Positions 1 through 11,920 are shown, numbered from the stretch's first letter. The stretch is DNA of 64,000 nt from Bacteroidota bacterium (GCA_963169295.1 CAUJDD010000104.1:1085-65084), one strand, 5' to 3'. Numbers and translations: made by a program. The notes: generated from the letters alone by a model not told the origin.

Positions 1-1080
1 GTTAATTTAAATAGTTCAAACGATCTTATTTGTTTGGGTTCATCTGCAACATTATCAGGAACTGGAGCTACCTCTTTTACATGGAGCACTGGCGCAACTA
101 GCCCTACGGTAATAGTTACGCCAACAATTACTAGTACTTATAGTGTAGCTATAACCACCACTAGTAATTGTACTTATGTTGATTCTGTCATTATTACCGT
201 ATCTACTCCTGTTACACCCGACATCTGTATTGTAACAGCAGATACAGCTGGTGCCTATAACGAAATTTATTGGGAAAAAATTTATGTAAATGTAGATAGT
301 TTCATTGTGTATCGTGAAGTTTCAACGGGAACATTTCAAAGAATTGGTGCTGTTGATAAAGATGCTTATAGCATGTACACAGACACCAATAGAAGTATTG
401 GTTCCTTTAATGGCGATCCTAATCTAAATAGTTATAAATATAAATTACAAATCCGAGACACCTGTGGAAACTATGGGGGTTTGAGTTTATGGCATCAAAC
501 TGTTCACATGCAAGATTTACATAATGGCACTTTTAATTGGAATTATTATGGTATCGAAACCTTACCCGACCCCGTAACGGATTATGAATTTAGAAGGGTT
601 GATGTAGCCGCTAGTACCGAAACTCTTATTTCAAGTGGAATTATGAATACAGATGTTGATCCTTTATATGCAAGCTACTCAGGTAACACTAATATCAAAT
701 GGGTAGTAGATGGATTAGGATTTAATTGTAACCCTTCCTTTAGATTTTCTCCTACAAGTCCGATGGCTCAAAAAGTTAAAACAAAAAGTAATCAAGCCAA
801 TGAATTTATTACTACTAAAACGCATGATTTATTAAAAGCTTCACAAGTAAAGATGTATCCAAATCCTGCAAAAGAAAAAGTTGTGGTTAATTTAGAAACT
901 ATATCAACTAATGATGTAAAAATATCTATTGAATCCGTATTAGGACAAACCTTAATTGATGTGAATGCGCAACACAGTAGTGTGGAAATAAACACCTCAC
1001 AATTAGCTAGCGGTATTTATTTTGTAACTATAAAACAAAAAAATAAAATATTGGTTTCTAAAAAACTGGTGATTGAATAA
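1..1080 (+). CDS. Secreted Ig-like-repeat surface protein, 5'-truncated by the window edge, with a type-A T9SS (Por) C-terminal sorting domain
   Basis: The reading frame is open from nt 1; the M at 34 in the ORF track is a TTG inside that open frame. ICLGSSATLSGTGATSFTWSTG is a typical Bacteroidota Ig-like repeat motif. The C-terminus KMYPNPAKEKVVVNL...GIYFVTIKQKNKILVSKKLVIE fits the Por/T9SS CTD pattern. Confidence 0.75.
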   Translation, partial: VNLNSSNDLICLGSSATLSGTGATSFTWSTGATSPTVIVTPTITSTYSVAITTTSNCTYVDSVIITVSTPVTPDICIVTADTAGAYNEIYWEKIYVNVDSFIVYREVSTGTFQRIGAVDKDAYSMYTDTNRSIGSFNGDPNLNSYKYKLQIRDTCGNYGGLSLWHQTVHMQDLHNGTFNWNYYGIETLPDPVTDYEFRRVDVAASTETLISSGIMNTDVDPLYASYSGNTNIKWVVDGLGFNCNPSFRFSPTSPMAQKVKTKSNQANEFITTKTHDLLKASQVKMYPNPAKEKVVVNLETISTNDVKISIESVLGQTLIDVNAQHSSVEINTSQLASGIYFVTIKQKNKILVSKKLVIE

Positions 1081-1121
1081 GACTTTGTTTTAGAGAATAT
1101 TCCAATCATTCTACCTAAAGT

Positions 1122-1151
1122 AAAAAAGAGCAACATGGTTGCTCTTTTTTT
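1122..1151 (+). terminator. Rho-independent terminator after the T9SS cargo gene
   Basis: Perfect 12-bp stem AAAAAGAGCAAC / GTTGCTCTTTTT (1123-1134 / 1138-1149) with a 3-nt loop, followed by a T-run. Confidence 0.8.
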
Positions 1152-4100
1152 ATTATATTCGAAATTCCATTTTATCTGCTTGAAAGCATATATCATATAT
1201 TTTTTATTGTGTTTGAGCCTAACTGTAGTGGCTCAAAAGGGCGAATATTTTGTAAAAAATTATTCACCAAAAGATTATAACTCAGGTGCTAATAATTCAG
1301 CCGTTTGTCAAGATAAAGATGGCAACATCTTAGTAGCTAACTCAAATGGAATATTAATCTATGATGGCTTTAACTGGTCGTTAAGCACTTCCAGATACGA
1401 ATCTTATGTGTATTCTCTTTATAAATCTTCAAATCAAACCATTTATTACGCCATAGGCGAAGGAGAAACCTTGGACTTTGGAATATTTGAACAAAACACA
1501 AATGGAAAATACCTTTACTATAGTTTAAAAAACGAATCAGGCTCAAATGAAATGCCATTTGATCCCATTCGTCAAATTATTGAATGTAATAATGCAATAT
1601 ATTTTATTGCTACTGATAAAATTATTGAATATAAAAACAAGAAGCTTAAATCATATTCTCCCATCAACTCTTTCAACTCTCGAGCATTTAAAATGGGAAA
1701 TCATTTATTTGTACCCGATATAGATAACCAAGTTTTTGTAATAGATGGGGGCACATTAAAACCCGTGAAAAATTCACAGTATGCTGCTGAAAACAAAGCG
1801 TTTTTCAATTATCAAATTAATGATACAACTTATGCTTTGGGTTATAGAAATATTGGAATTGTTATAGCCACCTATAATGCTAAAGAACCAACACATACTC
1901 AATTTAATAAATTAAATGTAGCCTGTGATTATGAATTAATTGAAAGTGAAATAAATAATGGCACTGCTTTAAGCAATGGTTATTTTGTGGTTACAACCAA
2001 TAAAAGTGGAGCAATTATTTTAAATAAACAATTGCAAATTACAAAACACTTAACCACAAAAGCTGGTTTATTTGAAAACAATATAAAATCAGCTTTTGAA
2101 GATCAAAATGGAAACTTGTGGCTTGCTAATTATTACGGTGTTTCGTATGTAGAAATAAACACACCTTTATTAAAATATGGTAGAGAAAATGGAATTACTG
2201 GATCTGTACAAGCCGCCTGTTATTACAACAAACAATTATATATAGGAACTGATAAAGGATTATTTGTATATGATACCATTACAAATGGATTTATTAACGT
2301 GCTAGGTTTTAATAAACAAACATGGTATTTATTAAGCTTCAAAGAGCATTTATTAGTTTGTACTACTAAAGGTATCTATACTTTTAATGGAAAAAACATT
2401 GACCAATCAACAGAAGATCAAACTAGATATCTGCAAAATGACCCTTTTCAACCCAATATCATTTATGCATCAACCGATAATGGGTTTAATATATATGAGA
2501 TTAAAGATCTAAAATTTATCCTTCAAAAAGAATATAATTTAGGACACGAAGTAAAGAATATTTCCTACGACTATAATCAAAATATATATTTTAGTACCGA
2601 GTTAAATGGAATTTATTACTTAAACAGCAAAAAAGCCTATACTTTAGACTCTATAAAAAGTGAACAAGGCTTGCCAAACGATAAATGGGAGAACTATGTA
2701 TTTAACTATAAAAACAAATTATTAATTGGAACAGAAGCTGGTATTTACTCTGTATCAGAAGATAAACACAATCGATTGTTTTGTAAGAAAGATCCAACAT
2801 TCTATAGCCTAACTAAGAAATCAGAGATATTTAGAGCTGTTGCCTTAGGTGGCGATTTGTTGTGTTCAAAAAACGAAAAGGCTTCAGATTATGATAAATA
2901 CGAAACTAAATATGTTTATTATAAAGAAACATCTAACAACAACATCATTGAAGATAATAGAGGGATAAGAAAATTAAAAGATGTAAAGCCAAATTTAATT
3001 AATTATGATACTTCATTTAAGACCATATTGATTTCGGCCGACGAAGGTTTATTCTTATTGCATCAAAACTATGTTATGCAAAACAAAAAATACCACCTTA
3101 ATCTTAATTTATTGACAAATAAGAAATCCGACACACTATTGTTAAATACAAGTTCGGAAGAACCATTAACTACATTAAACATAGAAGTGCCTTATGAAGA
3201 TAATAATCTTCTGTTTCGTTTTGGATATACCTGTTTTGAATTTCCAGAGATAACAGATTTTAGTTATTACTTAGAAGGGAAAGATGTAGATTATGGGAAA
3301 TGGGGAAAAAAATCAGAGATAGAATTTAACAATCTATTTGAAGGAAAATATATTTTACATGTAAAAACAAAAAACGAAATTTCTAATCAAACACTAGAGA
3401 TGCACATTCCTTTCACCATTATTGCGCCTTGGTACAGGAGTATAGTTGCCTATGTGGTTTATGCTATTATTATTATCTTGATTTTATATATCATTGTTAA
3501 GCTAAATACTAAACGTCTTATAGCACAAAACATAAAACTAGAAGAAATTATTAAACAACGAACAGCAACCATTGAGGAACAGGTTCATCTTTTAGAACAC
3601 CAGAAAAAAGAAATAACCGATAGTATTAACTATGCAAAAGGAATTCAAGCTTCTATATTACCTGATATTTCAAGTATTATATCATCATGGCATGATTTGT
3701 TTGTATTCTTTCAACCAAAAGACATCGTAAGTGGAGATTTTTATTGGTATAAAAAAATTTCAGACGATGAATTCTTAATTGCTTGTGCAGATTGTACAGG
3801 TCATGGTGTGCCTGGTGGATTCATGAGCATGATTTGTTCTGATAAATTACACGATGCTGCAAAAAACAGTAAAGAACCCGCACAAATATTATTTGACACA
3901 AACAATGGTGTAAAAACTACACTAAAACAAGAAATAATTATAGAAGGGAAAAGTAAAGATGGAATGGAGGTGTGTTTACTATATGTAAACATCCAAACAC
4001 AAGAAGTTAAATTTAGCGGTGCTAATCGAATATTATGGATTATTGATGGAGACACTAAAGAGTTGAAGGAAATAAAACCAACTAAAGCCAGTATTGCAAG

Positions 4101-4368
4101 TTTCACCGAATTTAATTTTGAGTACGAACAGCATCACTTTAAACTCAAAAAAGGCGATATGATATATACCACTACCGATGGTTTCCCTGACCAATTTGGT
4201 GGAGTAGATGGAAGAAAATACATGAGTAAGAATATGAAAAAATTTATTGTTTCAATTTGTAACAAGCCTATGCAAGAACAAGCTGAATTAATAAAAAGCG
4301 AAATCAATAATTGGATGCAATCAGTAGAACAAGTTGATGACTTATTAGTAATTGGTATTAGATTATAG
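1135..4368 (+). CDS. Membrane sensor with a periplasmic two-component-regulator propeller and Y_Y_Y domain, one TM helix, and a cytoplasmic PP2C/SpoIIE-type serine phosphatase
   Basis: Repeated D(K/Q)(D/N)GN(I/L)(L/W) motifs followed by G(I/V) resemble Reg_prop repeats. A Y_Y_Y-like block is present ([39 protein letters not shown]), followed by the TM helix [21 protein letters not shown]. The SpoIIE/PP2C motifs are [24 protein letters not shown] and [11 protein letters not shown]. The start is uncertain: the ATG at 1135 lies in a terminator loop, and an in-frame TTG at 1180 gives a cleaner signal anchor. Confidence 0.8.
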   Translation: MVALFLLYSKFHFICLKAYIIYFLLCLSLTVVAQKGEYFVKNYSPKDYNSGANNSAVCQDKDGNILVANSNGILIYDGFNWSLSTSRYESYVYSLYKSSNQTIYYAIGEGETLDFGIFEQNTNGKYLYYSLKNESGSNEMPFDPIRQIIECNNAIYFIATDKIIEYKNKKLKSYSPINSFNSRAFKMGNHLFVPDIDNQVFVIDGGTLKPVKNSQYAAENKAFFNYQINDTTYALGYRNIGIVIATYNAKEPTHTQFNKLNVACDYELIESEINNGTALSNGYFVVTTNKSGAIILNKQLQITKHLTTKAGLFENNIKSAFEDQNGNLWLANYYGVSYVEINTPLLKYGRENGITGSVQAACYYNKQLYIGTDKGLFVYDTITNGFINVLGFNKQTWYLLSFKEHLLVCTTKGIYTFNGKNIDQSTEDQTRYLQNDPFQPNIIYASTDNGFNIYEIKDLKFILQKEYNLGHEVKNISYDYNQNIYFSTELNGIYYLNSKKAYTLDSIKSEQGLPNDKWENYVFNYKNKLLIGTEAGIYSVSEDKHNRLFCKKDPTFYSLTKKSEIFRAVALGGDLLCSKNEKASDYDKYETKYVYYKETSNNNIIEDNRGIRKLKDVKPNLINYDTSFKTILISADEGLFLLHQNYVMQNKKYHLNLNLLTNKKSDTLLLNTSSEEPLTTLNIEVPYEDNNLLFRFGYTCFEFPEITDFSYYLEGKDVDYGKWGKKSEIEFNNLFEGKYILHVKTKNEISNQTLEMHIPFTIIAPWYRSIVAYVVYAIIIILILYIIVKLNTKRLIAQNIKLEEIIKQRTATIEEQVHLLEHQKKEITDSINYAKGIQASILPDISSIISSWHDLFVFFQPKDIVSGDFYWYKKISDDEFLIACADCTGHGVPGGFMSMICSDKLHDAAKNSKEPAQILFDTNNGVKTTLKQEIIIEGKSKDGMEVCLLYVNIQTQEVKFSGANRILWIIDGDTKELKEIKPTKASIASFTEFNFEYEQHHFKLKKGDMIYTTTDGFPDQFGGVDGRKYMSKNMKKFIVSICNKPMQEQAELIKSEINNWMQSVEQVDDLLVIGIRL

Positions 4369-5152
4369 CAATTGGTATTTCTAATAGAAATAATAAAATT
4401 AAAATTCCGCCTACTATTATTCGATACCAACCAAAAGCTTTAAATCCATTTTTACTTAAATAGCCAATAAACGACTTAATGGCAATTAATGCTACAATAA
4501 ATGCAATTACGTTTCCAAACAATAATATACCTATCTCCTCTGATTGAATAGTAATACCTTCTTTATAAAAATCAAGTAATTTTTTTGCCGTAGCGGCAAA
4601 CATAGTGGGTACAGCTAAAAAGAAAGAAAATTCTGCTGCGTTTTTTCGTGTTAATTTCTGGGTCATTCCTCCAATAATAGTACTGGCACTTCTACTCATG
4701 CCTGGCCACATTGCTAAACACTGAAACAACCCTATTTTAAGTGCAATTGGATAGGTTATGTCTTTTTCTTCATCAAAATTATTAGTGATAAACCATTTAT
4801 CTACAAAAATTAAAACTATCCCACCTAAAAATAAAGCTACTGCTACACCCATTAAATTTTCTAGAGCAGCATCTATATAATCACTTAACAATACACCAAA
4901 TATAGCAGCAGGAATAAACGCAATGAGTAACTTAAAATAAAAATCAATGGATTTAAAAAAACGCTTAAAATACAGTACAACTACAGATAAAATAGCACCT
5001 AATTGAATAGCAATGGTAAACAATTTTACAAAAGGTGTAGGTTCTACCCCAAATAAAGCTGTTGTAATCATCATGTGACCAGTAGAGGAAATTGGTAAAA
5101 ACTCCGTTAATCCTTCTACAACAGCAATGATAAAAGCTTCAAAATAGGTCAT
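4358..5152 (-). CDS. uppP: Undecaprenyl-diphosphate phosphatase (BacA/UppP)
   Basis: The N-terminal signature [17 protein letters not shown] is present. The protein is polytopic and 264 aa long, typical of UppP. Confidence 0.93.
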   Translation of the reverse strand: MTYFEAFIIAVVEGLTEFLPISSTGHMMITTALFGVEPTPFVKLFTIAIQLGAILSVVVLYFKRFFKSIDFYFKLLIAFIPAAIFGVLLSDYIDAALENLMGVAVALFLGGIVLIFVDKWFITNNFDEEKDITYPIALKIGLFQCLAMWPGMSRSASTIIGGMTQKLTRKNAAEFSFFLAVPTMFAATAKKLLDFYKEGITIQSEEIGILLFGNVIAFIVALIAIKSFIGYLSKNGFKAFGWYRIIVGGILILLFLLEIPIAII

Positions 5153-5190
5153 AATTTATGAAATCAATAAAACAAAAAGCAATTATTTTA

Positions 5191-5424
5191 TTATGCTTCG
5201 GTGTTTTTGTTTTTAGGGCGCCACATAATAGCAAAAATTATAGCAACAAACCCAAGCAAACATAGCATAGGTGCAATAGTAATGCGCTGAGTATCAAAAA
5301 TAGCTGGATTAAAAACATTTGGATCTTCACTACCTCCCCCAATCATAAGTAAATAGCCTAATACAATAAGCACAAATCCTCCAATGAGTATCTGATAATT
5401 TTGTTTTCCAAACGTAGTTTTCAT
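5191..5424 (-). CDS. Small two-TM membrane protein (DUF3098-like)
   Basis: 77 aa with two hydrophobic helices. It sits immediately upstream of uppP, as is common in Bacteroidota. Confidence 0.6.
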   Translation of the reverse strand: MKTTFGKQNYQILIGGFVLIVLGYLLMIGGGSEDPNVFNPAIFDTQRITIAPMLCLLGFVAIIFAIMWRPKNKNTEA

Positions 5425-5544
5425 AACCTTATAATTAAGTGAACAAATCTATTAAAAATCTTTGTTTTATGCTATCTAATGCCACAAAATAGCGTGTTTT
5501 TCGTTAATTTTTCGTAATATTGCTATTCTATTATAACACATTTT

Positions 5545-6633
5545 ATGGCCAAAGTAGCATTAATTACAGGAGTAACTGGGCAAGATGGCGCCTATTTATC
5601 AGAATTACTATTAAGTAAAGGATATATTGTACATGGTGTAAAGCGTCGAAGCTCATTATTTAACACGGATAGAATCGACCACTTATACCAAGACCAACAC
5701 GAAAAGCATGTAAATTTTAAATTGCATTATGGTGATTTAACTGATAGTACCAATTTAATAAGAATTGTACAAGAAACTCAACCAGATGAAATATATAATT
5801 TAGCGGCCATGTCGCATGTAAAGGTGAGTTTCGATACACCCGAATACACTGCTAATGCCGATGGAATAGGTACTTTAAGAATTTTAGAAGCCATTCGTAT
5901 TTTAGGACTTGAAAAGAAAACACGTTTCTATCAAGCTTCAACTTCCGAATTATATGGCTTAGTTCAAGAAATCCCTCAAAAAGAAACTACTCCATTTTAC
6001 CCTCGTAGTCCTTATGGTGTTGCAAAACTTTATGGTTTTTGGATTACTAAAAACTATCGTGAGTCTTATGGCATGTATGCTTGTAATGGTATATTGTTTA
6101 ACCATGAAAGCCCGCTTCGAGGTGAAACCTTTGTAACACGCAAAATCACTCGTGCTGTTGCTAAAATTAGTTTAGGGCTTCAGGACAAATTATTTATGGG
6201 AAATATTGATTCTGAACGCGACTGGGGTCATGCAAAAGATTATGTAGAAGGTATGTGGCGCATGTTACAACAAGAAACAGCGGATGATTTTGTATTAGCT
6301 ACTGGTATTAAAATTACTGTACGAGATTTTATTAATATGGCTTTTGCGGAAGTTGGTATTACTTTAAAATGGGAAGGTAAAGCCGAACAAGAAAAAGGTA
6401 TTGATGCTGCAAGTGGAAAAGTTTTAGTAGAAATTGACCCAAAGTATTATCGTCCTGCCGAAGTTGATTTACTAGTTGGTGACTCTACAAAAGCTCGCAC
6501 TAAATTAGGCTGGAAACCAACCTACACAGTACAAGCCTTGTGTAAAGAAATGGTTGCTGCCGACTTAGAACTATTTAAAAAAGATAAATATTTGTTAGAA
6601 GGTGGACACAAAATTTTAAATTATAAAGAGTAA
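5545..6633 (+). CDS. gmd: GDP-mannose 4,6-dehydratase
   Basis: [19 protein letters not shown] is a Rossmann motif. The SDR catalytic context ([17 protein letters not shown]) is present, and the length is 362 aa. Confidence 0.95.
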   Translation: MAKVALITGVTGQDGAYLSELLLSKGYIVHGVKRRSSLFNTDRIDHLYQDQHEKHVNFKLHYGDLTDSTNLIRIVQETQPDEIYNLAAMSHVKVSFDTPEYTANADGIGTLRILEAIRILGLEKKTRFYQASTSELYGLVQEIPQKETTPFYPRSPYGVAKLYGFWITKNYRESYGMYACNGILFNHESPLRGETFVTRKITRAVAKISLGLQDKLFMGNIDSERDWGHAKDYVEGMWRMLQQETADDFVLATGIKITVRDFINMAFAEVGITLKWEGKAEQEKGIDAASGKVLVEIDPKYYRPAEVDLLVGDSTKARTKLGWKPTYTVQALCKEMVAADLELFKKDKYLLEGGHKILNYKE

Positions 6634-6681
6634 TTTTTAAATCATTACACATTGATTGTTTTGATAAAATAAATCATATTC

Positions 6682-7623
6682 ATGAATTTAGATTCTAAAA
6701 TATACATAGCTGGTCATCGTGGAATGGTAGGCTCAGCTATTATGCGTAATTTACAAAGCAAAGGCTACAATAATATTGTAACTCGCTCATCTAAGGAGTT
6801 AGATTTACGTAATCAACAAGCGGTAAAACAATTTTTCGAATCCGAGAAACCAGAATATGTTTTTTTAGCTGCCGCAAAAGTGGGAGGCATACAAGCTAAT
6901 AACATTTATAGAGCTGATTTTATTTATGAGAACTTGATGATACAAAATAATGTGATTCATCAATCATATTTATCGGGTGTAAAAAAATTAATGTTCTTAG
7001 GTAGCTCTTGTATTTATCCTAAAATGGCTCCTCAGCCTTTAAAAGAGGAATACCTTTTAACAGGTTTACTTGAGGAAACCAACGAGCCTTATGCTATTGC
7101 TAAGATAGCAGGTATTAAGATGTGTGAGAGTTACAAAAGACAATACGGGTGTAATTTTATATCGGTAATGCCTACAAATATGTACGGCCCTAATGATAAT
7201 TACAATCTTAATAACTCACATGTATTACCTGCATTAATTAGAAAATTCCACGATGCAAAAGAGCAAAACTTACCTAGTGTAGAAATGTGGGGAACTGGAA
7301 CACCAATGCGTGAATTTTTACATGCCGATGATTTAGGTGACGCTTGTGTTTTTTTAATGAATCATTACGATGGCGAACAATTTGTAAATATTGGTTCAGG
7401 AACCGATTTAACCATAAAAGATTTAGCATTATTAATTAAGGACATTGTTGGATTTAAAGGAGAAATTACTCACGATTTATCAAAACCTGATGGAACACCT
7501 CGTAAATTAATGGATGTGTCTTACTTACACTCCTTGGGCTGGAAACATAAAATTGAACTACGAGAAGGTATTACACAAGTTTACGAAGACTTTAAAAAGA
7601 AAGAAGGCGTAAAAGTATGGTAA
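6682..7623 (+). CDS. fcl: GDP-L-fucose synthase (GDP-4-keto-6-deoxymannose 3,5-epimerase/4-reductase)
   Basis: [14 protein letters not shown] Rossmann motif and [10 protein letters not shown] catalytic YxxxK motif. It is adjacent to gmd. Confidence 0.93.
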   Translation: MNLDSKIYIAGHRGMVGSAIMRNLQSKGYNNIVTRSSKELDLRNQQAVKQFFESEKPEYVFLAAAKVGGIQANNIYRADFIYENLMIQNNVIHQSYLSGVKKLMFLGSSCIYPKMAPQPLKEEYLLTGLLEETNEPYAIAKIAGIKMCESYKRQYGCNFISVMPTNMYGPNDNYNLNNSHVLPALIRKFHDAKEQNLPSVEMWGTGTPMREFLHADDLGDACVFLMNHYDGEQFVNIGSGTDLTIKDLALLIKDIVGFKGEITHDLSKPDGTPRKLMDVSYLHSLGWKHKIELREGITQVYEDFKKKEGVKVW

Positions 7624-9209
7624 CTGGTTTAAAACAGTGGACTAGAGCAAAAAGTCGAAAGCAAATTTTACTTTTTACTTTTTTTGCTATTCTTTTGCCA
7701 CAGTTTTATTTTGCACAGTTTTATAATTTACCTAACGATTATATTTTTGGCATCTCCACTCAAAAACAACTTGCTAAAATAGATACGCTTGAACAAACCC
7801 ATAGTGCAATACAACCCTACATCTCTTTTTATAGTAAACAATACGAATTTATTGCCGATAGTACCAAACTTTTTAAATATGTAGCCGATGACCCAGCCAT
7901 AAATAAAATTTTCTTTGATCACCTCATTCATCTAAAATCAAAAAATAATAAATATGAGTTTAAAGTTAATCCTCTTTTAAATTTTGAATTTGGTAGAGCC
8001 TATTACGACACAACTTCAATTTATACAAAAACCTCAACAAACACCAGAGGATTTATTGCAAGCGGAGCAATAGGCAAAGATTTTTATTTTGAAACCATGT
8101 TTGCCGAAAATCAAAGTGTTTTTCCTGCTTATGTTGCTTTGTACAGCAAACAAACTAAAATAATACCTGGTCAAGGACGTTATAAAGCATTTAAAACAAC
8201 AGGTTATGATTATGCTTTCACTTCAGGATTTATTTCATATCAGCCCATTAAACAAGTCAATATTCAGATAGGACATGGAAAACAAAAAATTGGAAATGGC
8301 TATCGCTCATTATTATTAAGCGATAATGCTTTTAATTATCCTTATTTAAGAATTACCTCACAATGGTTAAAGGGTAAATTACAATACTCTAACATTTATG
8401 CTGTATTTATGAACTTAACTACTGGTGGCGCACCTACGCCACCATACACAGAACCTCTTTTTCAAAAGAAAGCCGCTTCGTTTCAGTTTTTAAGTTTTAA
8501 TGCTACTAAACGATTCAACATTGGTTTATTTCAGGGTATGATATGGTCTGCAGCTGATAGTCTTAATAGACAACACCTAGATTGGCAATATTTTAATCCG
8601 GTTATCTTTTCAAATATCGGATTTTACGGACTTAACAATAAAAACAATATCCTCATCGGTGCAACTACTAATTTTAAAATCAGCAGTCAACTTTCTGTTT
8701 ATGCTCAGTTTATGGGTGATGATTTTAGTAACACATTAACTTTGGGTAATACCTTTGGATACCAAGCAGGCATAAAATACTTTGATGCGTTTAATTTAAA
8801 AAACTTAATGCTACAAGTTGAATATAATGATGTGACTGAGGGCTCATACAATAACCCATTAACAGCATACAGTAATCAAAGCTATTCTCATTACAATCAA
8901 AATATTGCTTATACACCCGGGTATGGAAAAGAGTTGGTTGCTATAGCTGATTACAAATTTAAAAGAGCATTCGTAAATGTTAAATATAACATGCAATGGC
9001 TAACATTAAATAAATTTGAATTTTACAATAATTCCATTTTCAGAACACAAATTGGCTATACCATTAACACGGCATATAATTTTAATATATCTTTGGGATA
9101 CAATTACAGGCAACAACAATTTCCAGATTTTAAATTATCAAATAATACAACCAGTTTTTATACCATTAGTCTTAAATCAAATTTATATAACACATATTAC
9201 GATTTTTAA
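7617..9209 (+). CDS. Predicted outer-membrane beta-barrel protein, RemB / capsule-assembly Wzi-like (paralog 1)
   Basis: Signal peptide ending FYFAQ. It has the [11 protein letters not shown] motif shared with the paralog at 10313-11920. The C-terminus is rich in aromatic residues (ending YYDF), as expected for a beta-barrel. The family name is from memory, not a search. Confidence 0.6.
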   Translation: MVTGLKQWTRAKSRKQILLFTFFAILLPQFYFAQFYNLPNDYIFGISTQKQLAKIDTLEQTHSAIQPYISFYSKQYEFIADSTKLFKYVADDPAINKIFFDHLIHLKSKNNKYEFKVNPLLNFEFGRAYYDTTSIYTKTSTNTRGFIASGAIGKDFYFETMFAENQSVFPAYVALYSKQTKIIPGQGRYKAFKTTGYDYAFTSGFISYQPIKQVNIQIGHGKQKIGNGYRSLLLSDNAFNYPYLRITSQWLKGKLQYSNIYAVFMNLTTGGAPTPPYTEPLFQKKAASFQFLSFNATKRFNIGLFQGMIWSAADSLNRQHLDWQYFNPVIFSNIGFYGLNNKNNILIGATTNFKISSQLSVYAQFMGDDFSNTLTLGNTFGYQAGIKYFDAFNLKNLMLQVEYNDVTEGSYNNPLTAYSNQSYSHYNQNIAYTPGYGKELVAIADYKFKRAFVNVKYNMQWLTLNKFEFYNNSIFRTQIGYTINTAYNFNISLGYNYRQQQFPDFKLSNNTTSFYTISLKSNLYNTYYDF

Positions 9210-9218
9210 AAACCTATT

Positions 9219-10313
9219 ATGATAGTTTTAATTTTAGTATTTATCACTGCGTTTTCTGTCGTTTTGTATTCGACACCGGCACTTATAAAAGTAGCCATCT
9301 TAAAGCGTTTAATTGATGTGCCTACAGAAGAGCGCAAGATTCATAAACGTGCTGTACCTACCATTGGAGGTATTATTATTTATGCGGCTACCCTCTTCTC
9401 ATTTTCTTTATGGTATAATATTGATGAGATACACGAATTCGACCAAATTTATGAATCAGTAAAAGATTTTAAAATATTAGTAGCTACTAGTTTGGTGTTA
9501 TTTTTTGTTGGTGTAAAAGATGATATTATAGGAACATCTCCAGTAAAAAAATTATTTGCCAATATTCTTGTAGCACTCATTTTAGTTTTAATGGGCGATA
9601 TTAGAATTACTGGATTACATAATGTATTTGGAGTAACAGATATTCCACATTGGGGCAGCATCTTTCTCTCTTTATTTACTTATATAGTAGTTGTAAACGC
9701 CATGAACTTGATTGATGGTGTTGATGGATTAGCTGCAGGTATTGGTTTTATTGCGGCTACAGTATTTGGTACTTGGTTTGTGTTTGCACATGAATACACT
9801 ATGGCCTCTTTAGCATTTGCATTGTCAGGTGCATTGTTAGGTTTTTTAGTATTTAATTTTTCTCCGGCAAAAATTTTTATGGGCGATAGTGGCTCATTAA
9901 TCATTGGCATGCTTATTTGTGTATTAAGCATTAAATTGATTGAATATCCACTCACTCGATTAGATAGTTTTTGGATTCATGTTTCTAAACCTATAATTGT
10001 TATTGCAGCTTTAATTTATCCTTTAACCGATACCTTGCGCGTGTTTATCATTAGGTCAATAAAAGGACGCTCGCCATTTTCAGCCGATAGAAGTCATCTT
10101 CATCATCGCTTAATTGATTGCGGTTATTCTCATGCTAAAACCGTTATTATTATATACATTTTTAGTATTATCACGGTTGGTGTTTCTTTAATTAGTTTTT
10201 ATCTTAATGCTAGTTTATCATTATTAATGGTTTTAGCTTGTAGTGGATTATTTGTGTTATTTGTAAATACTTCGTATAAATTCTCAAAGAAACGTCAAGT
10301 TAAAAACGCTTAA
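9219..10313 (+). CDS. Glycosyltransferase family 4 polyprenyl-phosphate sugar-1-phosphate transferase (WecA/MraY-like)
   Basis: A polytopic protein with NAMNLIDGVDGLAAG and IFMGDSGSLIIG motifs, which are characteristic of the MraY/WecA superfamily. Confidence 0.88.
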   Translation: MIVLILVFITAFSVVLYSTPALIKVAILKRLIDVPTEERKIHKRAVPTIGGIIIYAATLFSFSLWYNIDEIHEFDQIYESVKDFKILVATSLVLFFVGVKDDIIGTSPVKKLFANILVALILVLMGDIRITGLHNVFGVTDIPHWGSIFLSLFTYIVVVNAMNLIDGVDGLAAGIGFIAATVFGTWFVFAHEYTMASLAFALSGALLGFLVFNFSPAKIFMGDSGSLIIGMLICVLSIKLIEYPLTRLDSFWIHVSKPIIVIAALIYPLTDTLRVFIIRSIKGRSPFSADRSHLHHRLIDCGYSHAKTVIIIYIFSIITVGVSLISFYLNASLSLLMVLACSGLFVLFVNTSYKFSKKRQVKNA

Positions 10314-11920
10314 TGTTAAGTTCTTTTCTTAATAAAATATGTATTTGCGTATGGCTGTTGTGTGTAACTAGTTTGGTTCACGCACAAGACAATCCACAAG
10401 CACAAAACACATTTATAGATTTAGAAACTCAACAAGCCATCGATTATATTGACATTAAAAACCCAGAACTCGAATTTCATTCTGCTTTTAAACCCTATGT
10501 GAGTTCAACGCTTACTAATTTTTCAGATACAACTATTCCGTATATTCATTTTCCAATTAAAAATTTTTTTCTAGGCAAATCATTTAATGAGGGGCCAAAC
10601 AAAAGATTACAATATAATTTACAAACGCTTCCAATTATTGATTTACAAGCTGGTTACGATTTATTAAATTCTAAATTTTTATCCGAAACGTCTGGAGGTG
10701 CTTTTGCTAAACTTAATATTAATAATGATTTTAGCTTTGCTTTAACTGCCATTGGTGGAAGGGTTTCGTATCCAACATTCATTGATACCATTGTTCAAAC
10801 AACTGGTGTTATTCCTGGTTATGGCAGAGCGTATAAAAATAATGACGGCAGTTATAATTATACTAATCTATCAGGTTATATTTCGTATAGCCCCAACAAA
10901 GTATTTAATTTTCAGTTAGGAAAAGACAAACATTTTATCGGTGATGGTTATCGTTCTTTATTATTATCCGATGTTGCTAATAACAATCCATATTTTGGAA
11001 TAAATGTAAACGTGTGGCGTATTCAATACAATGTATGGTACTCATGGTTACAAGATTTTTCTAGATATGATGGCTCTCAGAAAAGTTTACAAAACAAATA
11101 CGGAACGTTTCATTATTTAAGTTTCAACGCTTTAAAAAATTTGAATATTTCTTTTTTTGAAAATATTGTTTGGCAAGGCACAGATACAAACAGAGTAAGA
11201 ACATTTGAGGTAAATTATATGAATCCAATTATATTTTATCGCCCTCAAGAATATTCAGTGGGTTCGCCCGATAACTCAATGATGGGTTTAACCATCTCTA
11301 CTAAACTATTTAATACCTTAAAATTATATGCACAAGGTGTAGCTGATGAATTTTATTGGCAACAAATTAAAAAACGCAATGGTTGGTGGGCCAATAAACA
11401 AGGTTGGCAATTAGGAGCAAAGTATATAGATGCCTTTCGTATCAAAGGTCTTTCCATTCAATTCGAATACAATCAAGTTCGACCATACACATACACACAC
11501 GGTAGTGTACAACAAAATTATAGTCATTATGCTCAACCATTAGCTCATCCATTTGGTGCAAATTTTAAAGAGTATTTAGGCTTCATTACTTATCGTCGTG
11601 AGCGATGGGGTATCAGTTTTCAAGGATTATATGCCATTATTGGTAAAGATGCCTTTGGATCAAACTTAGGACAAAATATATTTTTAAGCTATACTACCCG
11701 ACCTTACGATTACGGACATAAAACCACTCAAGGCAACAAAACAAAACTGATGCAAAGCGATATTAAATTAACGTATTACCTAATCCCTCAAATGAACTTA
11801 AGACTAGAGTTAGGTTACATACAACGTAGCGTTACCGACCAACTTAATTACCAATTACAATTACCATATATTTATTTAGGCGTTAAATCTAATCTCTCAA
11901 ATTTTTATAGAGATTATTAA
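10313..11920 (+). CDS. Predicted outer-membrane beta-barrel protein, RemB / Wzi-like (paralog 2)
   Basis: Signal peptide ending SLVHAQ. It has the [11 protein letters not shown] motif and a similar length (535 vs 530 aa) and layout to the ORF at 7617-9209. The C-terminus is NFYRDY. Confidence 0.6.
   Translation: MLSSFLNKICICVWLLCVTSLVHAQDNPQAQNTFIDLETQQAIDYIDIKNPELEFHSAFKPYVSSTLTNFSDTTIPYIHFPIKNFFLGKSFNEGPNKRLQYNLQTLPIIDLQAGYDLLNSKFLSETSGGAFAKLNINNDFSFALTAIGGRVSYPTFIDTIVQTTGVIPGYGRAYKNNDGSYNYTNLSGYISYSPNKVFNFQLGKDKHFIGDGYRSLLLSDVANNNPYFGINVNVWRIQYNVWYSWLQDFSRYDGSQKSLQNKYGTFHYLSFNALKNLNISFFENIVWQGTDTNRVRTFEVNYMNPIIFYRPQEYSVGSPDNSMMGLTISTKLFNTLKLYAQGVADEFYWQQIKKRNGWWANKQGWQLGAKYIDAFRIKGLSIQFEYNQVRPYTYTHGSVQQNYSHYAQPLAHPFGANFKEYLGFITYRRERWGISFQGLYAIIGKDAFGSNLGQNIFLSYTTRPYDYGHKTTQGNKTKLMQSDIKLTYYLIPQMNLRLELGYIQRSVTDQLNYQLQLPYIYLGVKSNLSNFYRDY

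Noticed and set aside
792-4430. Antisense or alternative-frame ORFs inside larger genes (792-995, 1370-1558, 3801-4106, 4134-4430)
   Set aside because: They are fully embedded opposite or out of frame to long, motif-supported CDSs. Their compositions are low-complexity, hydrophobic or Cys-rich, as is typical of shadow ORFs in AT-rich DNA.
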